A DNA stretch of 64,000 bases from Alphaproteobacteria bacterium (lineage in GTDB: Bacteria > Pseudomonadota > Alphaproteobacteria > 16-39-46 > JABJFC01), in contig JABJFC010000086.1 of assembly GCA_018662925.1 (NCBI GenBank), positions 50 through 64,049 on the forward strand, written 5' to 3'. The notes beneath the pieces are model-generated. The model did no database searches. It saw only the letters and a list, made by a program, of their open reading frames with translations, and was not told the DNA's origin. This document shows, piece by piece, positions 9,721 to 18,594 of the stretch; within the stretch, counting starts at the first letter, position 1, and every line of letters begins with the position of its first letter. The position numbers were made by a program, and so were the translations under genes.

Positions 9721-10569
9721 ATGCCTAACAATAAGAAAGATTTTGCTCTTACTTTTACACAATCACACCCTGACATAGTGGCAAAGGAGTTAGAAAAAAT
9801 GCCTCCATATAAGGTGGCTTCTTTTTTAAAAAGTATTCCTATTTCCGTAGCCCCTCAAGTTATAGAAAAAATGCTTTCAAAGAAAGTTGCCGAAATATGC
9901 AATATATTAGAACCTGAAAAAACAACTAAATTTCTAACTCTTATGGAGATTCACTCAGTTATATCAGTATTAAGACATCTAGATCCTGAAAGGCGTCGTT
10001 CCATTCTTGCACACTTACCCTCTAAGCTCAGATTATGCTGTAAAATCCTTTTGCGATATTCAGATAATAGTGTTGGTGCTTGGGCTTATCCACAACCAAA
10101 TATCATTCCATTTGATTACACTGTCGCTGAAGCACTTCAGTTAATTAAAAACACACAAAATAGAATACCTTCCAATATTATTTTTATCGTTAATCGCTAT
10201 AAAGCCTTTATAGGATTCGTGGATACATATAAATTACTTCAATCACCACCGGATGCTTTAATTGAAGCTCTCACGAAAGAAAGTGAATATTGTTTGTACG
10301 GAACTATGAAGCTTGATTCTATCCTTAATCATCCAGGATGGGAGTATTTCGATGTTCTTCCCGTATTAACCAGTGATCAAAAAATTATTGGGGAATTACC
10401 ATACCGAACCCTCAGAAAAGCTCTAGAAACTTCTAATGAACAAAGAGAAGCTATATTTACCGAGGACATGATTGCTCCAGTTTGGAAGATATATAGTTCA
10501 ATATCGTTTTCTTTTATAAATTTACTGAGTTCATTCCTTGAGCAAAAAAATGAATTTTCCAAGAAATAG
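9721..10569 (+). CDS. stand-alone MgtE N-domain plus CBS-pair protein (cytosolic sensor part of MgtE, no TM domain)
   Basis: 282 aa; helical MgtE_N-like N-terminus followed by a CBS-like pair; no hydrophobic segments; directly upstream of full-length mgtE. Confidence 0.45.
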   Translation: MPNNKKDFALTFTQSHPDIVAKELEKMPPYKVASFLKSIPISVAPQVIEKMLSKKVAEICNILEPEKTTKFLTLMEIHSVISVLRHLDPERRRSILAHLPSKLRLCCKILLRYSDNSVGAWAYPQPNIIPFDYTVAEALQLIKNTQNRIPSNIIFIVNRYKAFIGFVDTYKLLQSPPDALIEALTKESEYCLYGTMKLDSILNHPGWEYFDVLPVLTSDQKIIGELPYRTLRKALETSNEQREAIFTEDMIAPVWKIYSSISFSFINLLSSFLEQKNEFSKK

Positions 10570-10578
10570 GTGTTTTAG

Positions 10579-11892
10579 ATGCCACAACCAAACCTAAAAG
10601 TAACTATAGAAAAGCTCAATAAGATTTTTATAACCAGCTATCCTATTGAAGCAGCTAGAAAATTTGAAACCATGACTCCCTCAGCTGCTGCAAACATCCT
10701 TAGTAAGCATCCTATCTGTGATGTTAGTTGCGTTTTTTCTTTTATTACTCCTGGTATAGGAAAATTAATTCTGCTGCTTTTGCCAAAAACTATGGCTTGC
10801 GAGCTATTAATGCACTTAGAACCAAATTATGTAGCAATACTTCTAAGGCTTTTGAATAAAAAACAGCAAGATGCCTATCTTAGAAACTTAGATCAAAGCA
10901 TTTCACGGGAAATAAAGGAAATTTTAGGATACCCACAAAACACGGCAGGAGCAATGATGGAAGCGAGCTTCGTCGGATTTAATAAGAATGCCTCTGTGAA
11001 AGATATTTTGTTATTTTTCCAACAACAAAAATTAGACAAAGTTGATCATATTCTTCTTCTTAATGATCAGCTTGAATTAGTGGGAAAAATTAATGTCGGT
11101 CGTCTAGTATTAGCAGACAAGAATCTAAAATTATTTTCACTTTCTGAGCCAGTTAGCGTTTCTTTTTCTGCACTTGATTCTAGAGAAAAAGTCATAAAAG
11201 TATTTGAAAAAACAAAATTAGATTTTGTACCAGTTTTAGATGCAAATAATAGGGTTATAGGCGTTATACAATCATACATGCTCATAGAAGCTATAAAAGA
11301 AGATATTGTTTCTGATATTCAAACCATGGTAGGTGCAAATAAAGAGGAAAGCGCTCTATCTAGTAGCTTCTTCTCTGTTAGGAAAAGATTACCATGGATG
11401 GAGATTAATTTACTTACCGCCTTTCTTGCAGCAGCAGTAGTGGGTATTTTTGAAGAAACGATCGCAAAATATACGGCCTTAGCTGTTCTTTTACCTGTTG
11501 TAGCAGGGCAGTCTGGTAATGCGGGTGCTCAAGCATTAGCTATTACTATGCGTAGTCTTATTTTAAGAGAAATCACTACAAACCAGTGGCTCAAAATAGC
11601 ACTAAAAGAATTTAATACTGGCCTTATGAATGGCATATTAATAGCCTTAACTTGCGCAGTTGCAGTTTTTATTTGGAGTAAAAATATTGGCCTTTCTTTA
11701 GTAATCACTCTTTCCATGATAGTTTCCATGATTATTGCAAGCGTTGCAGGAGCGCTTGTTCCTATAGTTTTAAAAAAACTAAGACAAGATCCAGCTCAAT
11801 CATCTTCTATCATACTAACTACTATTACAGATGTAGCAGGGTTTATGTCCTTCCTTGGAATCGCAACAAGCCTGCATAGGTTTCTTTTATAA
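10579..11892 (+). CDS. mgtE: magnesium transporter MgtE
   Basis: 437 aa; N-domain, CBS pair, and C-terminal 5-TM MgtE domain (PVVAGQSGNAGAQALAITMRSL). Confidence 0.8.
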   Translation: MPQPNLKVTIEKLNKIFITSYPIEAARKFETMTPSAAANILSKHPICDVSCVFSFITPGIGKLILLLLPKTMACELLMHLEPNYVAILLRLLNKKQQDAYLRNLDQSISREIKEILGYPQNTAGAMMEASFVGFNKNASVKDILLFFQQQKLDKVDHILLLNDQLELVGKINVGRLVLADKNLKLFSLSEPVSVSFSALDSREKVIKVFEKTKLDFVPVLDANNRVIGVIQSYMLIEAIKEDIVSDIQTMVGANKEESALSSSFFSVRKRLPWMEINLLTAFLAAAVVGIFEETIAKYTALAVLLPVVAGQSGNAGAQALAITMRSLILREITTNQWLKIALKEFNTGLMNGILIALTCAVAVFIWSKNIGLSLVITLSMIVSMIIASVAGALVPIVLKKLRQDPAQSSSIILTTITDVAGFMSFLGIATSLHRFLL

Positions 11893-11999
11893 ATAATTGG
11901 ACACTTCGATAAACTACTTGAAAAAGGAATGTTATGTGATTGAATTGTGAAAGGAAATAAAACTTTGGGGAGAAGAATGTACTTGCAACCAAATTGTTT

Positions 12000-12515
12000 A
12001 GACCTAGCAAATAGAGGGCACCTCTATTAACCTCTCTACATGGTTTAACCATTTGATACAATGCGATAGTTGCATTTTTGTTGAGCCTTTATAAATATCA
12101 CAGCCCGTTTTTTCTCAAGAAATCCATTAACAATAACGAGCTTCCAGCAAATGTTCCTATAGACAAGAGTAGCAACGACATGACAGTTTTGAAATACATC
12201 AACAATGGATCGAACAAAGAACAGTAGATAGAAATTCGCCAAAACAAACACCTAAACAACATGATTGAGTATTATCATCGGTTTATAAAAAAAGAACGAG
12301 GTTTATGCTTTGATGCCAAGCTATCCGCCTTTCAAAACTTTACGACTCTTATGGCCTAATGTATCTGAAAAATAGAAATCTGCTAACCTCTCCTCGACTC
12401 TGCGCCACAAACGCGACAGAACCCATTTATAAAACCTCCTATAGAAACCAGCTATCCCATTGTATCAAATGGTTAAGCCATGTCTAAAGGTTAATAGATG
12501 GGCCCATTTGCTTTG
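12000..12515. mobile_element. degenerate IS6-like remnant or MITE-like element bounded by about 50-bp imperfect inverted repeats
   Basis: 12007-12061 is the imperfect reverse complement of 12458-12515 (cattgtatcaaatggttaa.ccatgt...aggttaatag...atttgct); an internal frame encodes an IS6 Tnp C-terminal fragment. Confidence 0.45.
12228..12359 (+). pseudogene. IS6-family transposase C-terminal fragment
   Basis: Translation IEIRQNKHLNNMIEYYHRFIKKERGLCFDAKLSAFQNFTTLMA matches the IS26 Tnp C-terminus (VEHRQIKYRNNVIECDHGKLKRIIGATLGFKSMKTAYATIKG); upstream in-frame stop. Confidence 0.5.
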
Positions 12516-12596
12516 CGAATTTTCTTCTACTGCTTCCGATATGCTTCCGGATTTTTTATCTGGATTTTTCAAAAACTCTGTATGTCGCTTCAAATA

Positions 12597-12672
<76 letters not shown>

Positions 12673-12887
12673 ACATGGTGCACTAAGGCACCCTATGCTC
12701 GAAGCTTTAGCAAATCTCTTTTAGAAATGCTAGGGTGAAATGAACATTCTTCATTTCATTTATGGGAACTTATCCTCCAAAAAAATAGGAGCATAAATTT
12801 ATATGGGTTAAATTTTAAATCTTGCCCCTTCCCTATTTCCATTTTTTCAATTACCAATACCTCCTGAGAACATCAGGAGAAATTATA

Positions 12888-13304
12888 ATGACATCCCTCT
12901 CAGAAATTGAACAAAAATCCCTTATAGAAGCCTCAGAAACTGTTGCAAAGAATGCCTATGCACCCCATTCACGGTTTCACGTTGGCGCGGCTATCCTTTC
13001 AGAAAATGGGAACATATACACTGGCTGCAATGTGGAAAATGCTTCCTATGGGTTAACCGTATGTGGTGAACGAAACGCCATTTGCCATGGCGTCTCAAAA
13101 GAAGGCGCAACCCTTAAAATTAAGGCCATTGCCATAAGCACAATACCACGTATAGAAGCGTCACCATGTGGCGCCTGTCGACAAGTTATTTCTGAATTTG
13201 GAAAAGACATAAAGGTTTTTATTCCACAGAAAGGTGGTCACAGAGAAACCACAATCGAGGCGTTACTCCCCGGTCAATTCGAATTCGATCAGCCCATAGA
13301 GTAA
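12888..13304 (+). CDS. cdd: cytidine deaminase
   Basis: CxE zinc-ligand motif CGERNAI and PCGACRQ; RBS aggag before the ATG at 12888 (the ORF track starts earlier, at 12822). Confidence 0.75.
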   Translation: MTSLSEIEQKSLIEASETVAKNAYAPHSRFHVGAAILSENGNIYTGCNVENASYGLTVCGERNAICHGVSKEGATLKIKAIAISTIPRIEASPCGACRQVISEFGKDIKVFIPQKGGHRETTIEALLPGQFEFDQPIE

Positions 13305-13306
13305 GC

Positions 13307-13678
13307 TTATTCCACTGGTACCAACATTGGCCCCAGATGGCGCCCCGCAAATATATGCATGTGAAAATGAGGGACTTCTTGGCCCGCATGTTGACCATGA
13401 TTAGCCAAAATTCGATAACCACCCTTTAAGAGATTTAACTCTTCAGCAATTTTCCCAACCGATTGGAAAAAATTGTAGATCTCTTCAGGAGACCCGTTGG
13501 CACTAAAGTCCGCAAATGAAACGTAGGAGCCCTTTGGGATCACGACTACATGAACCGGAGCCCGAGGGTTAATGTCGTGGAACGCGAGGGTAAACTCATC
13601 CTCATAGACTTTTTCGCAGGGAATATCTCCTCGGATAATCTTTGCAAAGACATTCTCGACATTATAAACCATGTCCAC
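13307..13678 (-). CDS. HIT-family (histidine triad) hydrolase
   Basis: 123 aa; histidine-triad motif HFHMHI. Confidence 0.75.
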   Translation of the reverse strand: MDMVYNVENVFAKIIRGDIPCEKVYEDEFTLAFHDINPRAPVHVVVIPKGSYVSFADFSANGSPEEIYNFFQSVGKIAEELNLLKGGYRILANHGQHAGQEVPHFHMHIFAGRHLGPMLVPVE

Positions 13679-13772
13679 GATAAATTGGCCTCTCTGTATT
13701 TTTATCTTTCGTTTTTCCGAATCTTACTATAGATAATTCTTGAAACTTCTGCAACGACTGAGGTGAAACGCA

Positions 13773-14324
13773 ATGTCAACTAAACAAGCTGATTCCTTTG
13801 CATGGCACGGAACAACTATTTTATCGGTCCGAAAAAATAATAAAGTCGTCATTGCTGGTGACGGACAAGTTACCCAAGGCCCCATCGTTATTAAAAATTC
13901 TGCCCGTAAAGTGCGACGACTGGGAGATGGTTCTGTCATTGCAGGATTTGCCGGCGCTACGGCAGATGCAATGACACTGTTTGAACGCTTAGAAGGAAAA
14001 CTGGAACAATACCCAGGACAATTGCCAAGAGCCTGTGTGGAACTAGCTAAAGATTGGCGTACCGATCGGTATTTAAGAAAACTAGAAGCCATGATGGCAG
14101 TAGCCGACAAGAAAAACTCTCTCATTTTAACTGGCACCGGAGACGTCCTGGAACCCGACGATGGCCTCATTGGAATAGGATCAGGGGGCGCCTATGCTTT
14201 GTCAGCAGCCCGCGCTCTAATGGATCAAAAGTTGGAATCCATTGATATTGCCAAAAAAGCCATGACCATCGCCTCAGAGCTTTGCATCTATACCAATTCA
14301 AATTTTACCATTGAAAGCATTTAA
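13773..14324 (+). CDS. hslV: ATP-dependent protease subunit HslV
   Basis: 183 aa; N-terminal TTIL... (Thr nucleophile after Met removal); GDGQVT and GSGG motifs. Confidence 0.9.
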   Translation: MSTKQADSFAWHGTTILSVRKNNKVVIAGDGQVTQGPIVIKNSARKVRRLGDGSVIAGFAGATADAMTLFERLEGKLEQYPGQLPRACVELAKDWRTDRYLRKLEAMMAVADKKNSLILTGTGDVLEPDDGLIGIGSGGAYALSAARALMDQKLESIDIAKKAMTIASELCIYTNSNFTIESI

Positions 14325-14338
14325 GCGAGTATTTCAAA

Positions 14339-15649
14339 ATGACGTCCTTTACCCCCAGAGAAATTGTTTCTGAATTAGACCGATTTATTGTTGGTCAAGA
14401 CGATGCAAAAAAAGCCGTTGCGATTGCGTTAAGAAATAGATGGCGCCGCCTTCAACTCTCCGATGATCTCCGCGAAGAAGTCCTTCCAAAAAACATTCTC
14501 ATGATCGGACCTACGGGTGTTGGCAAGACCGAGATTGCCCGTCGACTGGCTCGATTGGCACAAGCCCCGTTTCTAAAGGTGGAAGCCACCAAGTTTACAG
14601 AAGTGGGCTATGTGGGTCGTGACGTTGAGCAAATCATCCGAGATCTTATTGAAATCTCTATAGCAACGACGCGAGAACGCTTGCGAAAGGAAGTCCAAGC
14701 AAAAGCAAAAAACCATGCCCATGATCGTATTCTAGATGTTCTCGTTGGCGAAAAATCCAGTGAAGAAACACGCCAAAAATTCAGGCTTATGCTTGAAAAT
14801 AACGAGATGGATGATAAAGAAATTGAAATAGATGTTTCTGATACTTCTGGCTTACAGCTCCCCACTTTTGATGTTCCAGGAATGCCCGGCGCCCAAATGG
14901 GCATGCTCAACTTGGGCGATATTTTAGGAAAATCCATGGGAGGAGAACGCACTAAAAAGCGCCGCGTTAGGATTGCAGAAGCCCTAGAAATTCTCACCGC
15001 CGAAGAAAGTGATAAATTACTCGATCAAGAAATGGTTATGAAAGAGGCTATCGATTCTGTTGAACAAAATGGCATCGTCTTCATCGACGAAATTGACAAG
15101 ATTTGTGGCCGCGAACGCTCCTCTGGTGAGGTTAGTCGTGAAGGAGTCCAGCGGGATTTACTGCCCCTTATTGAAGGGACAACAGTAGCCACAAAACATG
15201 GCCCCGTAAAAACGAACCATATTCTATTTATCGGATCAGGAGCATTTCATACTGTAAAACCCTCAGACCTTTTACCTGAATTACAGGGACGCCTCCCAAT
15301 TCGTGTCGAACTAACTGCCCTTTCTAAAAAGGATTTTGTAAGAATACTTCAAGAACCAGAAGCTAGCCTTGTTAAGCAATACTGCGCTCTTTTAAAAACT
15401 GAAGGCGTCAAATTGAAGTTTTTGGAAAGTGGTGTTGAAGAAATTGCCTCCCTTGCCGCTACAGTGAATAAAAATGTGGAAAATATTGGTGCGAGACGCC
15501 TCCACACTATGATGGAAAAATTACTTGAAGAAATCAGTTTCACAGCTCCTGATACCCCGGGCAAGAGTTATACGATCGACGAAAAACTAGTAAAAAAGAC
15601 TTTGGAAGGATTCACCCATGATACAGACCTTTCAAAATTTATCTTGTAG
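14339..15649 (+). CDS. hslU: ATP-dependent protease ATPase subunit HslU
   Basis: 436 aa; Walker A GPTGVGKT; typical HslU I-domain; immediately downstream of hslV. Confidence 0.9.
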   Translation: MTSFTPREIVSELDRFIVGQDDAKKAVAIALRNRWRRLQLSDDLREEVLPKNILMIGPTGVGKTEIARRLARLAQAPFLKVEATKFTEVGYVGRDVEQIIRDLIEISIATTRERLRKEVQAKAKNHAHDRILDVLVGEKSSEETRQKFRLMLENNEMDDKEIEIDVSDTSGLQLPTFDVPGMPGAQMGMLNLGDILGKSMGGERTKKRRVRIAEALEILTAEESDKLLDQEMVMKEAIDSVEQNGIVFIDEIDKICGRERSSGEVSREGVQRDLLPLIEGTTVATKHGPVKTNHILFIGSGAFHTVKPSDLLPELQGRLPIRVELTALSKKDFVRILQEPEASLVKQYCALLKTEGVKLKFLESGVEEIASLAATVNKNVENIGARRLHTMMEKLLEEISFTAPDTPGKSYTIDEKLVKKTLEGFTHDTDLSKFIL

Positions 15650-15749
15650 TGATCTGAGCTCATCTCAGTAAATATTACGGTATGTAATTTCAACCTAACT
15701 CCATTATATTCTGACCTTATAGAGTATAAATTCGAAACGTGATTAGTTT

Positions 15750-16613
15750 GTGATCACACGAAGGGGTAGTATGGCTAACAGGAAAGATTCAGCCACCAGA
15801 TACACTGTTAATTCTGCGAAAACCGTAGAGGAAGTGTGCGAACCTCTTTTCGAAAACTTCAACATCAGCTATTTCTCCTATGTGAAATTTCTACCTGATA
15901 ACAAGTATTTATACTTAGGGACTGACGAAGAATGGTTGCAGTGCTATTTCAAGAATTTCGATTACAGCAATAAGGTCCACCAAGAAGTCCAGGATGCTTT
16001 TGAAGGTAAATCATTTTACAGCTTACGAATCGGCAATCAAAAATCCATAAAAGAGCCTGTTCTAAATGCCATGTACGAACATGACATATGGAACGCTATA
16101 AATTTGTACACCAGCCACGAGTCGGAAGTTGAAAAGTTCTGCTTTGCCTCTAACCGAGAAGACGTCGACAATATGAATTTTTATCTCAATAATCTCGACG
16201 TTCTGAAAAGATTCATTGTTTATTTCAAAAACAGTTGTGACTCCCTCATCGATGCCTCAGATGAAAGTAAGTTAGCCCTCGTGCAAAACAGAGAGCCTTG
16301 CATCATTGGCAAACAAGCCCCCAAAAACCCTAATAATAGCCAATTATTAGAGAAAACGAAGTTAAAGAAGTATTCGTTTAATGTAGAGTGCCAACCAACC
16401 ATTTTATCTGCTCAAGAATTCCAATGCCTCCAATACTTCACACGCGGAAAGACCATGAAAGAAATTGGCATTATCTTGAATATTTCGCACAGAACAGTTG
16501 AATCATATATCAATAATATTCGCCGGAAAATTGGCTATAAATCACGATCCGAACTCGCAACGATTTTTGCTAAAAATGTGGGGCCTAGCCTTCTTAAGGC
16601 TTCAGGGATTTAA
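15750..16613 (+). CDS. LuxR-family transcriptional regulator (C-terminal GerE/LuxR HTH, divergent N-terminal domain)
   Basis: C-terminal LSAQEFQCLQYFTRGKTMKEIGIILNISHRTVESYINNIRRKIG is a LuxR-type HTH; the N-terminal roughly 200 aa are not obviously an autoinducer-binding domain. Confidence 0.6.
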   Translation: MITRRGSMANRKDSATRYTVNSAKTVEEVCEPLFENFNISYFSYVKFLPDNKYLYLGTDEEWLQCYFKNFDYSNKVHQEVQDAFEGKSFYSLRIGNQKSIKEPVLNAMYEHDIWNAINLYTSHESEVEKFCFASNREDVDNMNFYLNNLDVLKRFIVYFKNSCDSLIDASDESKLALVQNREPCIIGKQAPKNPNNSQLLEKTKLKKYSFNVECQPTILSAQEFQCLQYFTRGKTMKEIGIILNISHRTVESYINNIRRKIGYKSRSELATIFAKNVGPSLLKASGI

Positions 16614-16639
16614 TATTCTCTTAAATCTCTGAGGTGCTT

Positions 16640-17089
16640 TTAGTCCGTTGTGTCATTCACAGTTATGATTTTGATGGTCACCTCATCTTGACCATAGGCC
16701 AAAGCTGACATCCATACCTCCCCATCACCAATCATGACGCCCTGATAATTGCAAAAGAGATCCTTAAATTTCTGCTTTTGAACAACCTCTTTCACTTCAG
16801 CAGTAAAGATTTTTTCATAGTTTTGTATAAAATCTTCTTTGGTTTTAATTCCAATTGGCTGCCTAAGTGGAAAACTTATCATGTTTGCCAAAGTTTCTAT
16901 ATCATCGTTTGAAAGTGCTTTTTGCAAGTCAGCCAAAAACGCTTTAAGGGGCTCCATTGATTTAATCCCTGCCACTCTTAAATCACAATGAGACCCAATT
17001 TTCGTAGATATTGGTGATATGGGGGGCTCTTCCTCTTTACAACTCGTAAGTGAAAGAAAACCTAAAAGAGCAATTTTATAGGGACGCAT
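16640..17089 (-). CDS. hypothetical lipoprotein
   Basis: Signal peptide with lipobox LTSC. Confidence 0.45.
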   Translation of the reverse strand: MRPYKIALLGFLSLTSCKEEEPPISPISTKIGSHCDLRVAGIKSMEPLKAFLADLQKALSNDDIETLANMISFPLRQPIGIKTKEDFIQNYEKIFTAEVKEVVQKQKFKDLFCNYQGVMIGDGEVWMSALAYGQDEVTIKIITVNDTTD

Positions 17090-17180
17090 GTTTTCTCCTT
17101 AGTGTTTATGGCCCTTAGAAATACTGGAAACTTTTTAACATGAAATTGAATAGGAAGCTACAGGGTTGAGACAGCCCATC

Positions 17181-17207
17181 CACGCTCTCCCAACTGAGCT
17201 ATGGCCC
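17181..17207 (-). other. tRNA 5-prime fragment (acceptor plus D arm only), possible relic of an integration site
   Basis: Reverse complement GGGCCATAGCTCAGTTGGGAGAGCGTG is a canonical tRNA 5-prime half; the downstream sequence does not complete a cloverleaf. Confidence 0.3.
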
Positions 17208-17224
17208 ATCTCATGCAGCCAAAA

Positions 17225-18532
17225 CTATCTTTGCCACATCATCTGATTGCCCTCAAATACTGCTTCATCCAAAGCTTGCTTTACAGATTTTTTGCCCGAA
17301 AGGGCTTCTTCCAATTTATCCAAAATGCGCTCACGAACTTTGATGAAATTGGTGAGGCGAATGCCCTTGGTATGCGGTTTTGGGGAACGATCCAAAACGG
17401 ATCGCACTGCAATATACGCCGCAGGATGGGTTTCGTAAAAACCAGACTCTTCGGTCATTGTGAAAGCGGCTTTTGTGATAGGTAAATAGCTGGTTGCCTG
17501 ATGCCATTCCGCTTGGATATCTGACCGGGATAAGAAATCCAAAAAAGCGGCAATGACTTTGTATTCCTCTTCACTATGTCCCGCCATAACCCACAAAGAA
17601 GACCCTCCAATGATCGTATTCTGAGGGGCTGTCTTTACATCACTATAAAAAGGCAAGTAACCAACGCCTACCTCAAAAGGGGCATTTTTTAGGGAAAACT
17701 CCCGATTTGCCCCCTGTAAAAATATGCCACATTCCCCCTTCTTAAACAGATCCTCACTATCGTTAAATCTGCCTTCATACTTGTATAACTTCGCTTCTTG
17801 CCACCGGACAAGATTCTCCACATGCCTTATATATAGGGGCGCATTAATGACAAGCTCAGCCCTTGTTGATTCGAACCCATTCCCATGGGTCGCAAAAGGT
17901 TCGCCATGCCACGCCCCAAATTGTTCGAAAGTATACGCTGCTGGCCAAGCCGTCGAAAATCCATACTTCACAGCCCCTGACCTGACCAACACACTACAAA
18001 CTTTCTCCATTTCTTCCCATGTCTGAGGTGGCTTGTCCGGATCTAAACCAGCTTTCTTAAACGCTTCCTTATTATAAAATAAAATTCCCGTAGAAGCATT
18101 CAAAGGAAGTGACAGCATTTTCCCGTCTGAAAGCGTATAAAAGTCTCTTACCGCTGGAATGTACTCGCTCGGATTAAAAGGATGGTCAAGGTGGCGCATC
18201 ACATCAGAAAGGGAAACGAATAAGTCTAAATGTTCTAAGGCCTCAGTCGTTGCCACTTCAAAGACTTGCAATATATGGGGTGGCTTCCCCGCCTTCCCCT
18301 TCTCTATTCCTTCCTCAAAACACGATGTATAGCTATCTGATTTATTGATGGGGGTAATCTGATAATCAGATTGTGTTTTATTAAACCGATCTGCGAATTC
18401 TTTTAACTTACCCTCAATAGGCCCGCCCAAAGCGTGCCAAAGGGTAATCTCTTGAGCAGCCCAAGAAAAACTTTGCATTTGAAGCACAATAATAGTACAA
18501 AGGATTGCTAAAGTTAATCGCTTAATGGTCAT
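17225..18532 (-). CDS. ABC transporter periplasmic solute-binding protein (sugar or glycerol-3-phosphate type), orphan
   Basis: 435 aa; signal peptide; family-1 extracellular SBP features; no permease or ATPase genes adjacent. Confidence 0.55.
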   Translation of the reverse strand: MTIKRLTLAILCTIIVLQMQSFSWAAQEITLWHALGGPIEGKLKEFADRFNKTQSDYQITPINKSDSYTSCFEEGIEKGKAGKPPHILQVFEVATTEALEHLDLFVSLSDVMRHLDHPFNPSEYIPAVRDFYTLSDGKMLSLPLNASTGILFYNKEAFKKAGLDPDKPPQTWEEMEKVCSVLVRSGAVKYGFSTAWPAAYTFEQFGAWHGEPFATHGNGFESTRAELVINAPLYIRHVENLVRWQEAKLYKYEGRFNDSEDLFKKGECGIFLQGANREFSLKNAPFEVGVGYLPFYSDVKTAPQNTIIGGSSLWVMAGHSEEEYKVIAAFLDFLSRSDIQAEWHQATSYLPITKAAFTMTEESGFYETHPAAYIAVRSVLDRSPKPHTKGIRLTNFIKVRERILDKLEEALSGKKSVKQALDEAVFEGNQMMWQR

Positions 18533-18594
18533 AATTTCTCACACTAAATATAGGGTGAGAAATTATTATATTTTTATTTGTTTGGCAAGAAAAC

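Noticed and set aside
17201-17485. 94-aa plus-strand ORF overlapping the 3-prime end of the solute-binding-protein gene
   Set aside because: The antisense-strand SBP gene has strong family features. This is a shadow ORF.
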